DNA of 64,000 nt, from positions 31,434,001-31,498,000 of the forward strand of contig OZ365113.1 in the NCBI GenBank assembly GCA_977030845.1, given 5' to 3'. The position numbers and the translations under genes are program-made. A model generated the notes under the pieces. The model was not told where the DNA came from, did no database searches, and was given only the letters and a program-made list of their open reading frames with translations. This DNA is from Fimbriosthenelais zetlandica (taxonomy: Eukaryota). Shown one piece after another: positions 49,701-61,900 of this stretch (its first letter is position 1; the number at the start of each line of letters is the position of its first letter).

Positions 49701-52700
49701 GAGTTCATACATTAAATGGGAACCGTTCACATAATTACATTACTGAAAAATATTACGCAATGAGCTTAAGCGTTAGTAGAGTGGCAATATACGTCTAGAC
49801 TTGTAATATTTTCATGTAATATACATATTACATACATGTGTCTACATGTTTAGGGTGCTGATTATGTCATAGCCTTGACACACATGCGCTGGCCCAATGA
49901 CCGCCGGCTAGCCAGGGAGGTGATGGAGATAGATCTGGTACTAGGCGGCCATGATCATGACTATAATATAGAACAGGTAATAATACACCATCATGCTAAA
50001 TAATTCATTATCTACTCATTAATTAATTTAGTATATTAATTAATAAATTAAAGACCAATACTCTGAGTGAAAGTATTGATGAATTAGATTATAAAAGTAT
50101 AGAGCTTAGTTAGGTGTTTCCCCACCAGAAGGCTGTACTCATGGTTGCAATGACTACTCATTGAAATCTGCTTGTCCCACTCCTCGCTAGATGGCTGACG
50201 TGGAATTGACGCTAGGAAAATCAAAGTAACACTTCCACAATTTTATAAAGATAATTTCCACAGAAAAGAGGAGATGCATGTAGTTCTTTTAAAGTGTTAC
50301 CCACTTTTTTGCTCGTTTCAGGTTGAAGGCAAATGGGTGATAAAAAGTGGTACTGACTTCAGGGAATACAGCAAAATAAAGTTGAAATTCCAAAGGAACA
50401 AATCTGTAGATGTAAATATAGAAAGATTTGAAGTTGATGCTAGCGTTCAAGAAGATAAAGAGGTTAAAGAAGTAGTTGATAAATATATTGGTGAGTATAT
50501 ATCATTAATCAGTCTCTGGAAAGGTTCTCTCAAATGATTACTGAATTAGTTTCATATGAAAAGCCGACATTTCGTTTTGAAAAAATCTTAAAATGTCAGT
50601 TTAGACAAAATTAGTATATATGATAATTTCATCCATTCTCTAGCATTAGTTCATTGCTGTCTTGGCAGATGTCCCTATTCACACGCCTTAGATCCCTTTA
50701 CACCTGGCCACCTTTGGCCATCTGTGGAACTATCCTCTGAAGCCTGTCAGGGACTGAGCTTTGCAGTTAATTGATATATTATGTTAATTATTTCAGCTAT
50801 AATGGGTGAAAAAATGGAAAATGTGATAGGATATATGGATGTGGAACTAGACGGCAAATTTTCTAGTGTAAGGACAAAAGAAACAAACTTAGGTAAGTCA
50901 ATTTTATTCTCAAGTATTTTTGCCTATATTTTCTGGTATAATATGCGAATGACCTTGGTAACTAATCAAAAAGGAAAGTTTCATATATTGAATCCTATAG
51001 GCCTATGTATTGTCATTACTCCTAAGTATGTCTAAACGTTCTTATTTGATTGAATGGTTGAATTAATGATTGAATGGTAATTTTGCTTTACGTCAGCAAA
51101 CTAGGCTTTTCATATAGCGATTGCTGTTCGATAAATCATAGAAGTGTCATGTCATTATATTCTATAATAAATACCTGTACATGATATAGATAATGTAGAT
51201 GTATAGGTAATGTAGTAGTTGTTCCAGTGACAGTTTCTCATCGTAGAAACTTGTCTCTCATCACACATGCGTCTCATCCTGCTTGGTATATAACAGTGAT
51301 TGCTCTCTGCTCATTGACTATTCTCTCTCACCCCTGTCACCTGACTATCCTGTCATTCTCACTGTCTCTCACGTCAGAGATATTTGAATTTCTTGATGCA
51401 GCTTGATTTGAAATCTGCCAGGTAGACATGGCCATCAGGCGTGACCGCCATATTGTATGGTTCGTTAATGGGATCGTTACGGCTCTCGATACATGAGACA
51501 AATGTGCCATCTGTCCTAAACACCTGGATCCTATTGCAGCTGTCAGCCACCAGCACATTCCCATGTAGATCCGCTGTGATCCCCCGTGGAGACTTAAACG
51601 CTCCTTTGCCTTTACCCTCATGGCCAAATGTATGCTGGAATTCTCCACGGTAATCAAACACCTGTACCCGGTGATTCCGCGTGTCCGAGACCAAAATCTG
51701 CCCGCTTTTCCTCTCAGTCGTGATGGCCGAGGGGAAATCAAAAAGGCCAGACTCAGAACCCTGTGAACCAAAAGTCTTAATGAGCTGGTAATCTTTGTTA
51801 TACATGTGTACACTGTGGGTGGAGGTATCTGTGATGACAAGGCCATTGTCTTTGGTCGCGCAGAGGAAGAGGGCATTGCGTGCCCCACGGAGGGTCCTTT
51901 GGTGTTTTTTCTCTCCGCTTAAGTCAAAGACACGCAATGTGTCTGCGATCATTTGGCCTGTGATGGGATCTGTCGCCACTTTGGTACACATCACTTCTGT
52001 CTGGTCAGCACTCAGAGATATATCATAGGTTGTCGTCTTGCTGCTTCCGACCTGTAAAGTTGAAAGATAGGTATAATGATGTTATTAAAAGTTACGAAAA
52101 TATGTTGGAGAAAGTCCAGTTTATCTCAGATATGAGAGAAAGCAGGAGGACATAATTAGTGGGAAAATATACAGGAAATCTCTCATGACTGCTGAAACTA
52201 GAGCTCTTTATCAGCCAACGATACAGCCGGATGCTTTTAATGAAACTGACCTTTCTTATTTATTGTAATAAGAGGTCATCCAATTGTAAAATCAATCAAG
52301 TGAAGAACTTAATAAGATCAAGCACTCTGACACTTGGAACGAATTTCTGACATCAGTTGAATGTTAATACTTTAATGCCATTGAAATTTCGGATTGAACA
52401 TTGTGTTAAAATCCCATGGAAAATGAATTGGGAATATCCTCTAGTAATTTTCTGAAGGAAAGTTTCACTTTACCTTGAAGTGTCCTTTGTATTGACCTAA
52501 CTGGTTAAATATCTGCACCCTCTTGTTGCCCATATCAGCCACATAGATATCACCCTGTGAATGTATAACATAAATGTATATAACAAGGGAATGACTTATC
52601 CTTGATTAATCCCTAACCAGGCCTTAAACCTACTGTCATTTGATGAGCTTGCAATGATTCATAATTCCCCGGGATGTGGGCGAAAGGTAATTAACAATAG

Positions 52701-55700
52701 ATAATTAATTGTGACAACATGCGTCACTGACTAATCCAATGCGTGAAATTCCTGCTCCGCACTGGAGAGTATCTCTGTTGCAGTAAGTACTTTACTTTTC
52801 CATTTTTTTTTTAAGTTTACTTGTTTCCCAACAACAAAATTAAAGAGTCTCATTAAATTAATTAGCATACCTTAGGACTAATCACCACTGAGGTTGGTTT
52901 ACTAAGTTGACCGTTTCCATTGCCGGGTTCACCTATTCGCTGGACAGGATCATTGCTGTTAACAGTAAAAGTCTTGCTCACAGAAATGACAGGTTTTTGC
53001 AGGTATTGCACAATCACTTGATGTTCACCCGATATGGCAGGCCTGAAGCGTACAGTTAATGTTTCAGGCGGGTCACAGTGACCTTTGGAGGCCACAGTAT
53101 CTCCCTCAGGGTCTACTATTAGCACTGAAAAAGAGCTCATTGCTATTGGCTCATTATTTGCATTCCTGCTGCCCACTGTCAATTGGGAAATAAGTCCAGC
53201 AATGGCAGGCTCAACATGAATTGATAACATAGAAGGCAATAAGTTGTTGGCGCCAACATCTCCCACTTTGCCGACCGCCTCCAGGAATGTTTTGAGTCCC
53301 TTGTCATACTTGAAGTGAATCTGACCCTTCGTTGGCTCACCGAAGTCAGCATTTAAACAAAGTCCATCGAGATCTTTAATGGATTTGGATTGGACTGCAG
53401 CCCTGATGATCGCTGCTGTTCCCCCTCCAAGAGAAAGATCTTGAACTAGTGAGAAGTTCTCATTCAGTTGTTTCATTTCTGACTTGATCTTCTGGGCCTG
53501 GGTGATGATGTCATTCTTCCGGTGCTCATAAACCTCTTTGACCATCGCCATCAAGCTTTCCTGTCTCTCGTCCATCTTGGCTTTGAGCTGTTCAAAAGTC
53601 TCTTTGATCTGATCCTCAGAGACGACCTTTGTAATGTCCATACAGCTCAACTCCGTTTTTAAAGCCTGCAGTTTATCCCTGCGTTCTTCGATAGCACCGT
53701 CAATGTTGGCCACTTTCTTGCTGAGCATCTTCTTGTGGGCCTCCAGAACACTAGCAATGTCGGTGATCACATGTCCCGTAGCTTTTTCATGATCCAGTAC
53801 AGTGCAGTTCATGCAGATCGCTTTGCTGCAAGTCTCACAGAAAAACAAGAGTGGTTGACCCGTGTGCTTGTCACAAGTCTCGGTATTGGTGGCTGGAGTG
53901 TCACCTTTGGCTTCGATGACTTCCTTCATCTGGGAGACGTAGAAGTTGGTTTGTAGACCCTTGACGCCTTTAGGGCTGATGGGGGTTTTCTTGCGGCATG
54001 TTGGACATTTGATCACTGATCGCTCCTCACTTAATTGGAGGAGACACGTGAGGCAGAATGAATGGTGACAGGTGAGGAGTTTGGGTAGGCGTTTTTTGCT
54101 GTTGTAAGTGTGGGAGCATAGAGGACATTGCAAGGGATCCCTGCCCTCTGCAGATTCCACTGATGACATTGTACTGAAATGGTAATATAGCGGATATAGC
54201 CATATATAATGAGAGAATAACTTTAAGATGAAATAACTTCTAACTTTGGATTCCACCCAAAAAGCGATGCTGTCTATAATCGATTATATATATGTAGATA
54301 GATATATTCCTTATCCAAATAGAACCTATATGTTCTTATCTGTATACATGATATATCTGTTTATCATGAGTTGACTATCTTTGACATGTACTGACGTATT
54401 CTTGGCTACCAAATTCACCATGAAAACCAGTCCAGAACTGTCATTCATATTAAAAAAAGCAGGCTAAATTTAGGACACAGCATGGATTGTTTTTCTACCA
54501 GTTTAGATGACAGTAAGAAGACTATATAAAGTGAGATGAATCTTCATCCCGGCTGCCAACCAAAACCTATTTGAACAACAGAATATCTTATTACATCATA
54601 CAAAGTCCACCCATGACGACAGTAAGGTTACAGTGCTGTCTGTGTGATATGTGACAAATCAATGGTTTCTTCGTACTGAATCCTTCTAACGATTTTTAGC
54701 TCAGAATGAATACCTGTCCTCAGATAGCAAGTATATTTATCACACCGTTGCACATCGATAAGACACAGTGAATATGATATTTAACATTTCTTCTCAAATT
54801 TAATGCTTTTACCTTTGGCATCATTTTAAATACAATATTTTCATTATGCTTGAGCCATACGGTACATAAAATGACCATGAAGAATAATAGTGACATTTTG
54901 ATGGATGTTTCTAACTTATTACTGTTAAGAAACGAAAGAATATTTTGTCAGTTGCTCAGGTTTTGTCTGGTAGGCGTAATATGCTAGTTTTAAGGTAAGA
55001 GGGATGGCTTTGAATGATAGTGGCATGTTGTTAAGCTTATGACAAGGTTTCTATTAAAGCAGTCTGTTGTTGTTCTCGCGGCCAAAACCACTTACCTGAC
55101 TTGTCAGTGAGACAAACAGTAGGCAGGCATTAGGCGAGCTCCCCGCTTTAATTATGTCCTCAGGGACGGGGCAGGAACGATCCTCTTACCGCTTCTCTTC
55201 TTCCTACTGAATTTTTTCTCGCTTGAGGTCACATGACCTTCGCCAAGTCTCGCCCCTGAGATCACGTGTTTAGGCGTTCCAAATAGCCTGGATTGTGTGA
55301 CCTATGGATGGTGATAAGCGAGGAGGTGGCACACAACCTACTGTTGTAGATTTATCACTGGTTATGGATTAGTTATCTGGGAATATTTATGTGCTGACTG
55401 AAGGAAAGATGATGTTGGCATTTAGCTCCAGTGTCATTTAGTTTTATAACTCCCGTGTAGGCTATACATTTGGTTCTGTTTTAATTGCTTAATTTAAGCC
55501 AATTTTTTAATTTAAAAATTAACACATGAAGCAACGCTTGCAATGGATGAAAGAATTTCTAAAATTAATGAGCCACGTGGCAGAGTTTCCGGAGGATCTT
55601 TAAAAAAAGATTTTTTCCTTTGAAGAAAGGCAAGAAAACTTGCTTTTCAATGTGATCTGACTCAGATGTCCTGGCTCCTGCCTTTTTTTCGAGGAAATCC

Positions 55701-58700
55701 GTGGGTTTTTTTTACAGTGAGATAATAAAACAGCAGCCAGTTTTCAATGGTTTCAAACATTTTTGTGATGAGTGATTGAAGATATATGATTGATGTATTT
55801 TAAAGGTAACTTTGTGACCGACATCATGTTGGAGGCAGTAGACGCTGATCTTGCTCTCCTCAACTCGGGAACCCTTCGTTCAGACACAATCCACCCAAAA
55901 GGACCCTTCAAAATGAAGGACCTCTGTTCCATACTTCCCATGGTCGACCCTCTTGTAGTGCTCAAATTAACAGGTAAAATGGCAACGAACGCTATGCAGT
56001 TCCTTTAGTAATACATACATGATTTAAAACTAATAGTATGGATGCTTCCTAAAAGTTTTATTAAATTTAATTAAATTAAAAAAAAAATTAACAGAATATT
56101 TTTCAATTGTCATGCTATGTTGACAGGGCACCAGGTTTTACATGCCCTGGAGAACTCAGTCTCCCAGTACCCTTCACTGGAGGGGCGCTTTCCACAAGTG
56201 GCTGGGGTCAAGTTTGCCTTTGACCCCAACAAACCATCAGGTAGTCGTATCGACCCACGTTATGTGAGAATTCAGGGCAAATACATGGATCTTGACAAGG
56301 TAATTTAGAGATTATTATTTTTACAGATTTATCATTACCGGGTATAATTTATTCAATAGTTCTACCTGTTCCGTTCTTGTTTAATTATAACTTTAGCTTT
56401 TCTCTTTTTATTTACCTGCAGTTCTACCGACTAGTTACTAAACATTACCTTGCAGAAGGTAAGGATGGATATGATGCATTCAAGGAGGGAGAGATATTGG
56501 TAGGTACTCTTTAACCTCAGTACCACTATTATTGACCATCTCAGTAGTGATGACCATAAACTATAGGCCTACCACGATATAGTATCGACCTACCTAATGA
56601 TTATGTCCTCCATTGTATAACAACCTAAAGTAGGCCTGCCTTACAAATTTTTTTTCTTACAAGTAAACTATTTTACATCTATATTTTTCATGCTAAATGC
56701 AGTGTTTAATATAATTTATTTGCAATAATGATTTTTTTCTTAATGAAAATTATTAGGTGAATGACGAGGAAGGTCCGCGGCTTTCTATCATCGTACAGAA
56801 TCACTTCAAGGCTGTAGAGATTGTTAAAGGGAGGAAGGTGGCTAAAACCCCCCATCGCCAGTCTCTCATCTCTCTCAACAGGTAAGAGGGACCATACCTG
56901 TTAATTTACTTATCTGGGTGATAATGTCTTCATAATGTTGGTCTCATTTTATTACTTATCGTATCATATGTTTTTATCACACTCTTAAATTAACAATAAC
57001 TAGGATCTTAGCTTAACAGCTTCATTCAAACGCACTACCTTCATTGAAAGACCCATAATTATATTACTATATCAGTTCTTCACGGGTTATTTTATTTTTA
57101 TTAGCTCCGTTTTAGGTTAATTTCCTTCCAAGTAAGCTAAGCCATCTCCATTACTAATTGTCTCAGGAATTTTGAATTCATGAGAAATGAATTTTCTTTA
57201 ATGTTTTAGCTATAATTCCAATCCAGCCAAGGGCTACAGGGAAATGAACACGTATGCTATAATATAATATGCCTCTGTGCAAAAATAGACAAATGTGATG
57301 ATGAGTGGTTTTGTACTGTGTAATATTTGTGATTCATCTAACCATCTTAATCAGTGTCAGATTCATCTAGTGGGACTGTACATAAGCAAACTCCAATGTC
57401 CTCTCATTATCAATGATTACCACCATGCCTCCACGTACCTCTTCCTTTCACAAACTTTTATCATAACTGTAACATTAATACACTTTTTCCTGACGCACCA
57501 TTTTTGGAAACGGTGGACCAATTACCATGTAGGAATCAGTGTTCGTTTCACAGGAGGTTCGAGATTGGACCCCTGGTGGAGAAACCTATTAGATTCATTG
57601 TAATAAGTTGTGTAAGAATGATTTTTGTGTAAAGTGATTTTTTGGAAACGGTAGGCCAATTACCATGTAGGAACCAGGTTCCCCTTTACAGGCGGTTCGA
57701 GATTGCACCCCTGGTAGAGATACCTCTTAGATTCATGGCAATAAGTTCAGTAATTTCAGTGAGTATTTTCAGCACAGTAAAAGAAACACTTAATTAAGCT
57801 CATAATATATAAGGTTTTTATTATGAACAATTCCCTTCGCTAAAACCAGTTTAATATAATTTGGATAAGCCCCATATTAGGCCCTTTGGCAACTTTTACA
57901 TATGATATCATGGACTTATTATCTCATACAAACCAAGAAATCAAACCTTGAGGATCATGCTATGGTATCTGAATTAGTATTTAATGAATATTTTTAATGT
58001 ATTTTTGCCAGGAGGAAGAGTTTAGTGAAGCAGATGACTTTACCTGATGATAATAACGTGCACCCGTCGTCGCCCTCCTTGTCGCCCACGTCGCCGCGCG
58101 GCGGGTCAGTCAGCGATCCCTCTCTTGGATCTAATGATTCATTAGGGAAGGAATCAAACGCGGGTGATATACAGCCTCAGCATGTGACGCGGGTCCGCTC
58201 TACCCCCCGCGGTGCCATGATGGTCCGCCGTGCCTCCATACACTCCATAGAGATGGACTCTATGCCTGGTGCACTGGCTCCCACCACAGACGGCCGCATT
58301 ATAGTCGTTGATGATACTGTGAGTTCATTTTTTTTTTTTTTTTTTTACTAATCTATATTTATTCAGGAGGTGTACAAAAAACACAGGTACAACACACCGC
58401 CTTAGAGGCTAAACTCTGGTCTTCCTTCTGCTTCCTGACCACATTCTAACATTTATTTATACAATACTATATACTATCTATATACACATAACATCAAACA
58501 CAATCATAAGCAATGACTATTTGGCGGTTAAGTAGAACCTAAGTTATATTGAGTTTAAACGACAGATTGTCGAATGGGTCCACTATAGCATTTTGATGTG
58601 TTCCCTAATCAGAGTGGGGCTTAAGCGACACCCATGAGTGAGAAACGTCGTTTTTCATATGAGTTCGTCTTCTATTATCCAGTACCGGTTATCAGATATG

Positions 58701-58931
58701 ATTTATTTTTGTTCATGAACAGACCAAGTAATGACTGAATAGCCCATATCATATACCCAAATGTTTACTCTTTTTGATTCTGATTTTTGATTCTGATTTT
58801 GACAGAATCGCCATGATATGGAGCAGGAGCGGCTAGCCTGGGAGACGGCTGCTATGACTATACAGGAGGGCAGAGAATCGGCTCCCCCTACCCCAGCCAT
58901 CACTCAGACTGCTCCCACCTTCTATACCTGA
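46760..58931 (+). CDS. 5'-nucleotidase/apyrase-family metallophosphoesterase (Drosophila CG11883-like subfamily), 630 aa, 13 coding exons, no signal peptide
   Basis: Exons 46760-46934, 48994-49080, 49219-49358, 49472-49597, 49854-49976, 50322-50490, 50797-50892, 55806-55973, 56127-56299, 56422-56499, 56757-56881, 58012-58318, 58806-58931; total 1893 nt in frame. Calcineurin-like motifs HFNDVY, SGDAF, GNHDF, LTH and GHDH. 5'-nucleotidase C-domain motifs ETNLGNFVTD, NSGTLR, GRFPQVAG and GKDGY. Confidence 0.92.
48845..48907. other. Near-perfect 63-nt inverted repeat (hairpin) in nucleotidase intron 1
   Basis: TCCACTGCGGCGAAA-GTGTCGTA-loop-TGCGACAC-gct-TTTCGCCGCAGTGGA. Confidence 0.8.
51374..54169 (-). 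CDS. TRIM-NHL E3 ligase (RING, B-box2, coiled coil, filamin-like Ig, NHL repeats; TRIM2/3-like architecture), 685 aa, nested in nucleotidase intron 50893-55805
   Basis: Exons (- strand) 54169-52871, 52554-52474 and 52051-51374; total 2058 nt in frame. C3HC4 RING CPLC..CHHSFCLTC..CPTC; B-box CDKH..C..C..C..H; NHL repeats (ILVSDTRNHRVQVFD, VLVADSCNRIQVF). The ATG at 54169 follows a ttcag acceptor. Confidence 0.92.
55096..55270 (-). promoter_or_regulatory. Putative promoter and short non-coding first exon(s) of the nested TRIM gene
   Basis: On the - strand: donors CAG|GTAAGT (55096) and GCG|GTAAGA (55190), Inr-like TCAGT at about 55210-55206, and upstream E-boxes GTCATGTGAC (55228-55237) and CACGTG (55263-55268). 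Confidence 0.55.
57501..57748. repeat. Diverged tandem duplication with 138-bp period in a nucleotidase intron
   Basis: Copies start at 57501 and 57639 (tttttggaaacggt..ccaattaccatgtagg..ggttcgagattg..cccctggt.gaga.acct.ttagattcat). Confidence 0.85.
58328..58600 (-). mobile_element. Probable 3' end of a non-LTR retroposon (LINE/SINE tail) in antisense orientation
   Basis: A 19-nt poly(T) at 58328-58346 is poly(A) on the - strand, with AATAAA (plus-strand TTTATT, 58358-58363) 12 nt before it. The 5' boundary is uncertain. Confidence 0.45.
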
Positions 58932-61900
58932 GATAATTTATACTCTTAGTATACCACACAAATTGTTGTCTACTTACCTATAAAAGTCATGCTAGAAACA
59001 TTGCCATTTGCAAAGACTAGCTCACTCATCTACGGAATGTGCTTCCTATAGAGAAACCACTTCAAGGTTCTATGGTTAAGTGTAGTGATTATTGGTAAGT
59101 TTGTTCAGGTTCCCCTGGCTAAATAATTATATGGTCTGTAGCCTGCTCTAGCAGTGTCTGTCCTTCGATCAAAACCTTCTCAATGCTATGCAAAGGAGGA
59201 AAAACCATATTGATTTTGCAAATCATTTAAAATTCACTTCATACGGTTATACGGAAGCCTTTTTTCGGTGACCGTTTGTTTTTAACTTTATAATCTAATT
59301 TACAGGAGTGATTTTAAGTTTATATGTTTAATTGCTAATTAACACATGTATGAGGTTTTTAGCATTTTATTTCCAAAGTGATGCCCTTATAAAAGGCGTT
59401 CCACGGTTTAGGTAAATTTAATTTTTCTTTTTTATATGATTTTGAAATTAGATTTCCCCTATGGTTGCGGGTAATTTAAGAATATATAGAGCCACTGTGA
59501 AGATAATTTTTGTTATAATACGAAGGGTTTTCCCTATTTGTTGAGATATTTGTTAATGTTAGTTCATATTACATAGACGCTTGTTATAGAGTGTCAATCC
59601 TGTTTAATAGTTTGTGTATATAGTTTTATGATGAGTACATCTAATTATATATATATCGGAAAATGATCGTACTGTGATTATATAATAAATTATTATCCAT
59701 TTACTGTTGGCAAAGCCTTCCATATCTTGATGATGCTTGAATATCAAATCATTGATCAATGTTAAAAACTTGAGTATAAATATTAATACTAGCCCTGAAG
59801 TGATAGATGCAAAGTCTAGGGTATTGTCTACAAATTATTGAAATTTATATTAGAAAAGTATTATTAGGAGGTGGCGTTCATATGTAGATGCACCGCCACT
59901 TATTTTCACCGCTTTTATCTGTAGATTTCATTTTGTATAATCGGAATTTAACATCTGCTTGCTATATACATGCACATAGAGATTGTATGACATAACCTTT
60001 ATATATGTCCTGCGCATGGTATTGTTATTCTCTGCATATAAAGGAAGCAATATGCACCTCTCATATGAGTTCCTCTAGAACATTGCTCACAGTAAACATA
60101 TCTGTACCAATTCAGAAACCACTATGCCCAACCCATCCGCACCCACCTCCTAATAATATCACCCATGTGTATTGGTCACCTATGGGATATTTATTATACT
60201 GTTCTAGGTTGTTGCATAATATGTTGTTCACAGAAGAGTGTTGTGTATTGTTCTTTTGCTATCGGGGTGGTAAGTAAATATTACAAATTGCTGACCATTT
60301 CCACTAATGATTCAGCATACCTCCTCTGGATGCTGAGGACCTGCATAACGTAATTCATCTTTATACATAATGTACGTGGTTAGTGTTGTACTGCTGAAGC
60401 CAATGGGCATTAGGCCCTGTTAGAAAGGCAACTGTAGAATGCTTCCCTCCTAATGAACCGAAGACTTCCAACTTACATATTGGGGAAATGCCTGGTCCTT
60501 GTTTCCTTATCTTGTGTGTCATGAACTGACATTACCGTTAAGGCAGGCCCATGACATATAAAATAAAATGTAAGTTAGTTAAGTGAGTTGAATTCAGACT
60601 TCCAACTGACTTATACATGTCGAATGATGCCCTTTCGACAAAAGTCATTACCCAGTGCTAGTTCTATAATAGATTTGGTCTGAAGATGGTATTTTTCTGG
60701 TAATTGCCTTAATTTAGACCGCAACCCATACAGTAGTCATCCATTAATTACCGTCATGCCTCACATAAAGGTTCTCCTTAACGCCACTTTATTAGAATTC
60801 TCACTTATAATTTGAATGTCTTCAAGGACTACATTGTCTTAAATTATCCTCTCTGGGGCTTAATTAACTCCTCAAGTGGCCATATAATTGGAGTCACTCG
60901 CGAGCAACATGACCTTTTTCCCTTGTCTCACCATTTGATATTAGCCAAATATGGACTAAAAAGGTTGATCTACTTGTTTTTCCGTGCGAGACAATATGTG
61001 TCCCAAGTCAATTGTAGATTGTTGAGAAAAAGGCTGAGAGAGCGTTTGACATTACATTTTTACAGATGACCTTAAAATGCAGAATGTCAATTGGTCACGT
61101 GATCTTATGCAGCTGTTTATGGGGTTTCAGGGAATAATATTCACCCAAATACTATATAATTATATAGTGTCATAATACTCTACTAATCTTCACAATGATG
61201 CAAAGGTGCATGCATAATATATCTTTTTAATATATCTTTTGTTTTCCACTCGCTCGATTCCGGCAGCTAAGGTGGCGTTTCATTAATGATTAGGCCCTAC
61301 TTAATGTCATATAAATCTTTCTATTCCCCCTTGGTTTGTTGGTTAAGTCTACGAAAGCTCCTCTGTTTGCCTCAGCGAGTGACAATAAGGAAGTTTATAT
61401 TGTCACGACGGTCTTAATTGCTTTCGTATGATTCACTGGAATGTGCCGTATCATTGAGAACTATTGTAGGCCTGACATTAGATTCTCACACTGCAATAAA
61501 AAATGCCCATCAAACTGAATACAAGTTCTATCTTTTATTCCTGGTTTCGATAATGATAAACAGTCCCATTTCTTTTCTTAAATATTAAATAAATAATTAT
61601 CTTATTGATTTGTAACTACATGTATATGAAAATAGTTCAAACATTCTGTGTAATGGTTATGTGTTATGCTTTATTTTATATATCCGTGAACAGCCTGAAA
61701 ATACGTCGAATGGCGGAAATGGTCTCAATAAAAATGTTCAAATGTAAAAAAAAAACTTCTCCCAGAAGAAATTCAAGGCACAACTACTGTACATGTATAT
61801 TATATACAGGTCTTCTATTGAAATAAACCCCAGAAAGCCTCACCATTTTTCCCTTATAGAGCCTGGGAGACAATTACATTGTCCCGGTCCCTTTGAACTG

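Noticed and set aside
51374-54256. Calling the TRIM gene TRIM71/lin-41 with let-7 sites
   Set aside because: Only one B-box is present and there is no canonical CTACCTC seed in the putative 3' UTR; orthology needs a phylogeny. The ORF segment 54170-54256 is probably intron or UTR.
41058-58931. Functional coupling of PIGU (GPI anchoring) with a GPI-anchored CD73-like neighbour
   Set aside because: The nucleotidase lacks a signal peptide and a hydrophobic GPI signal.
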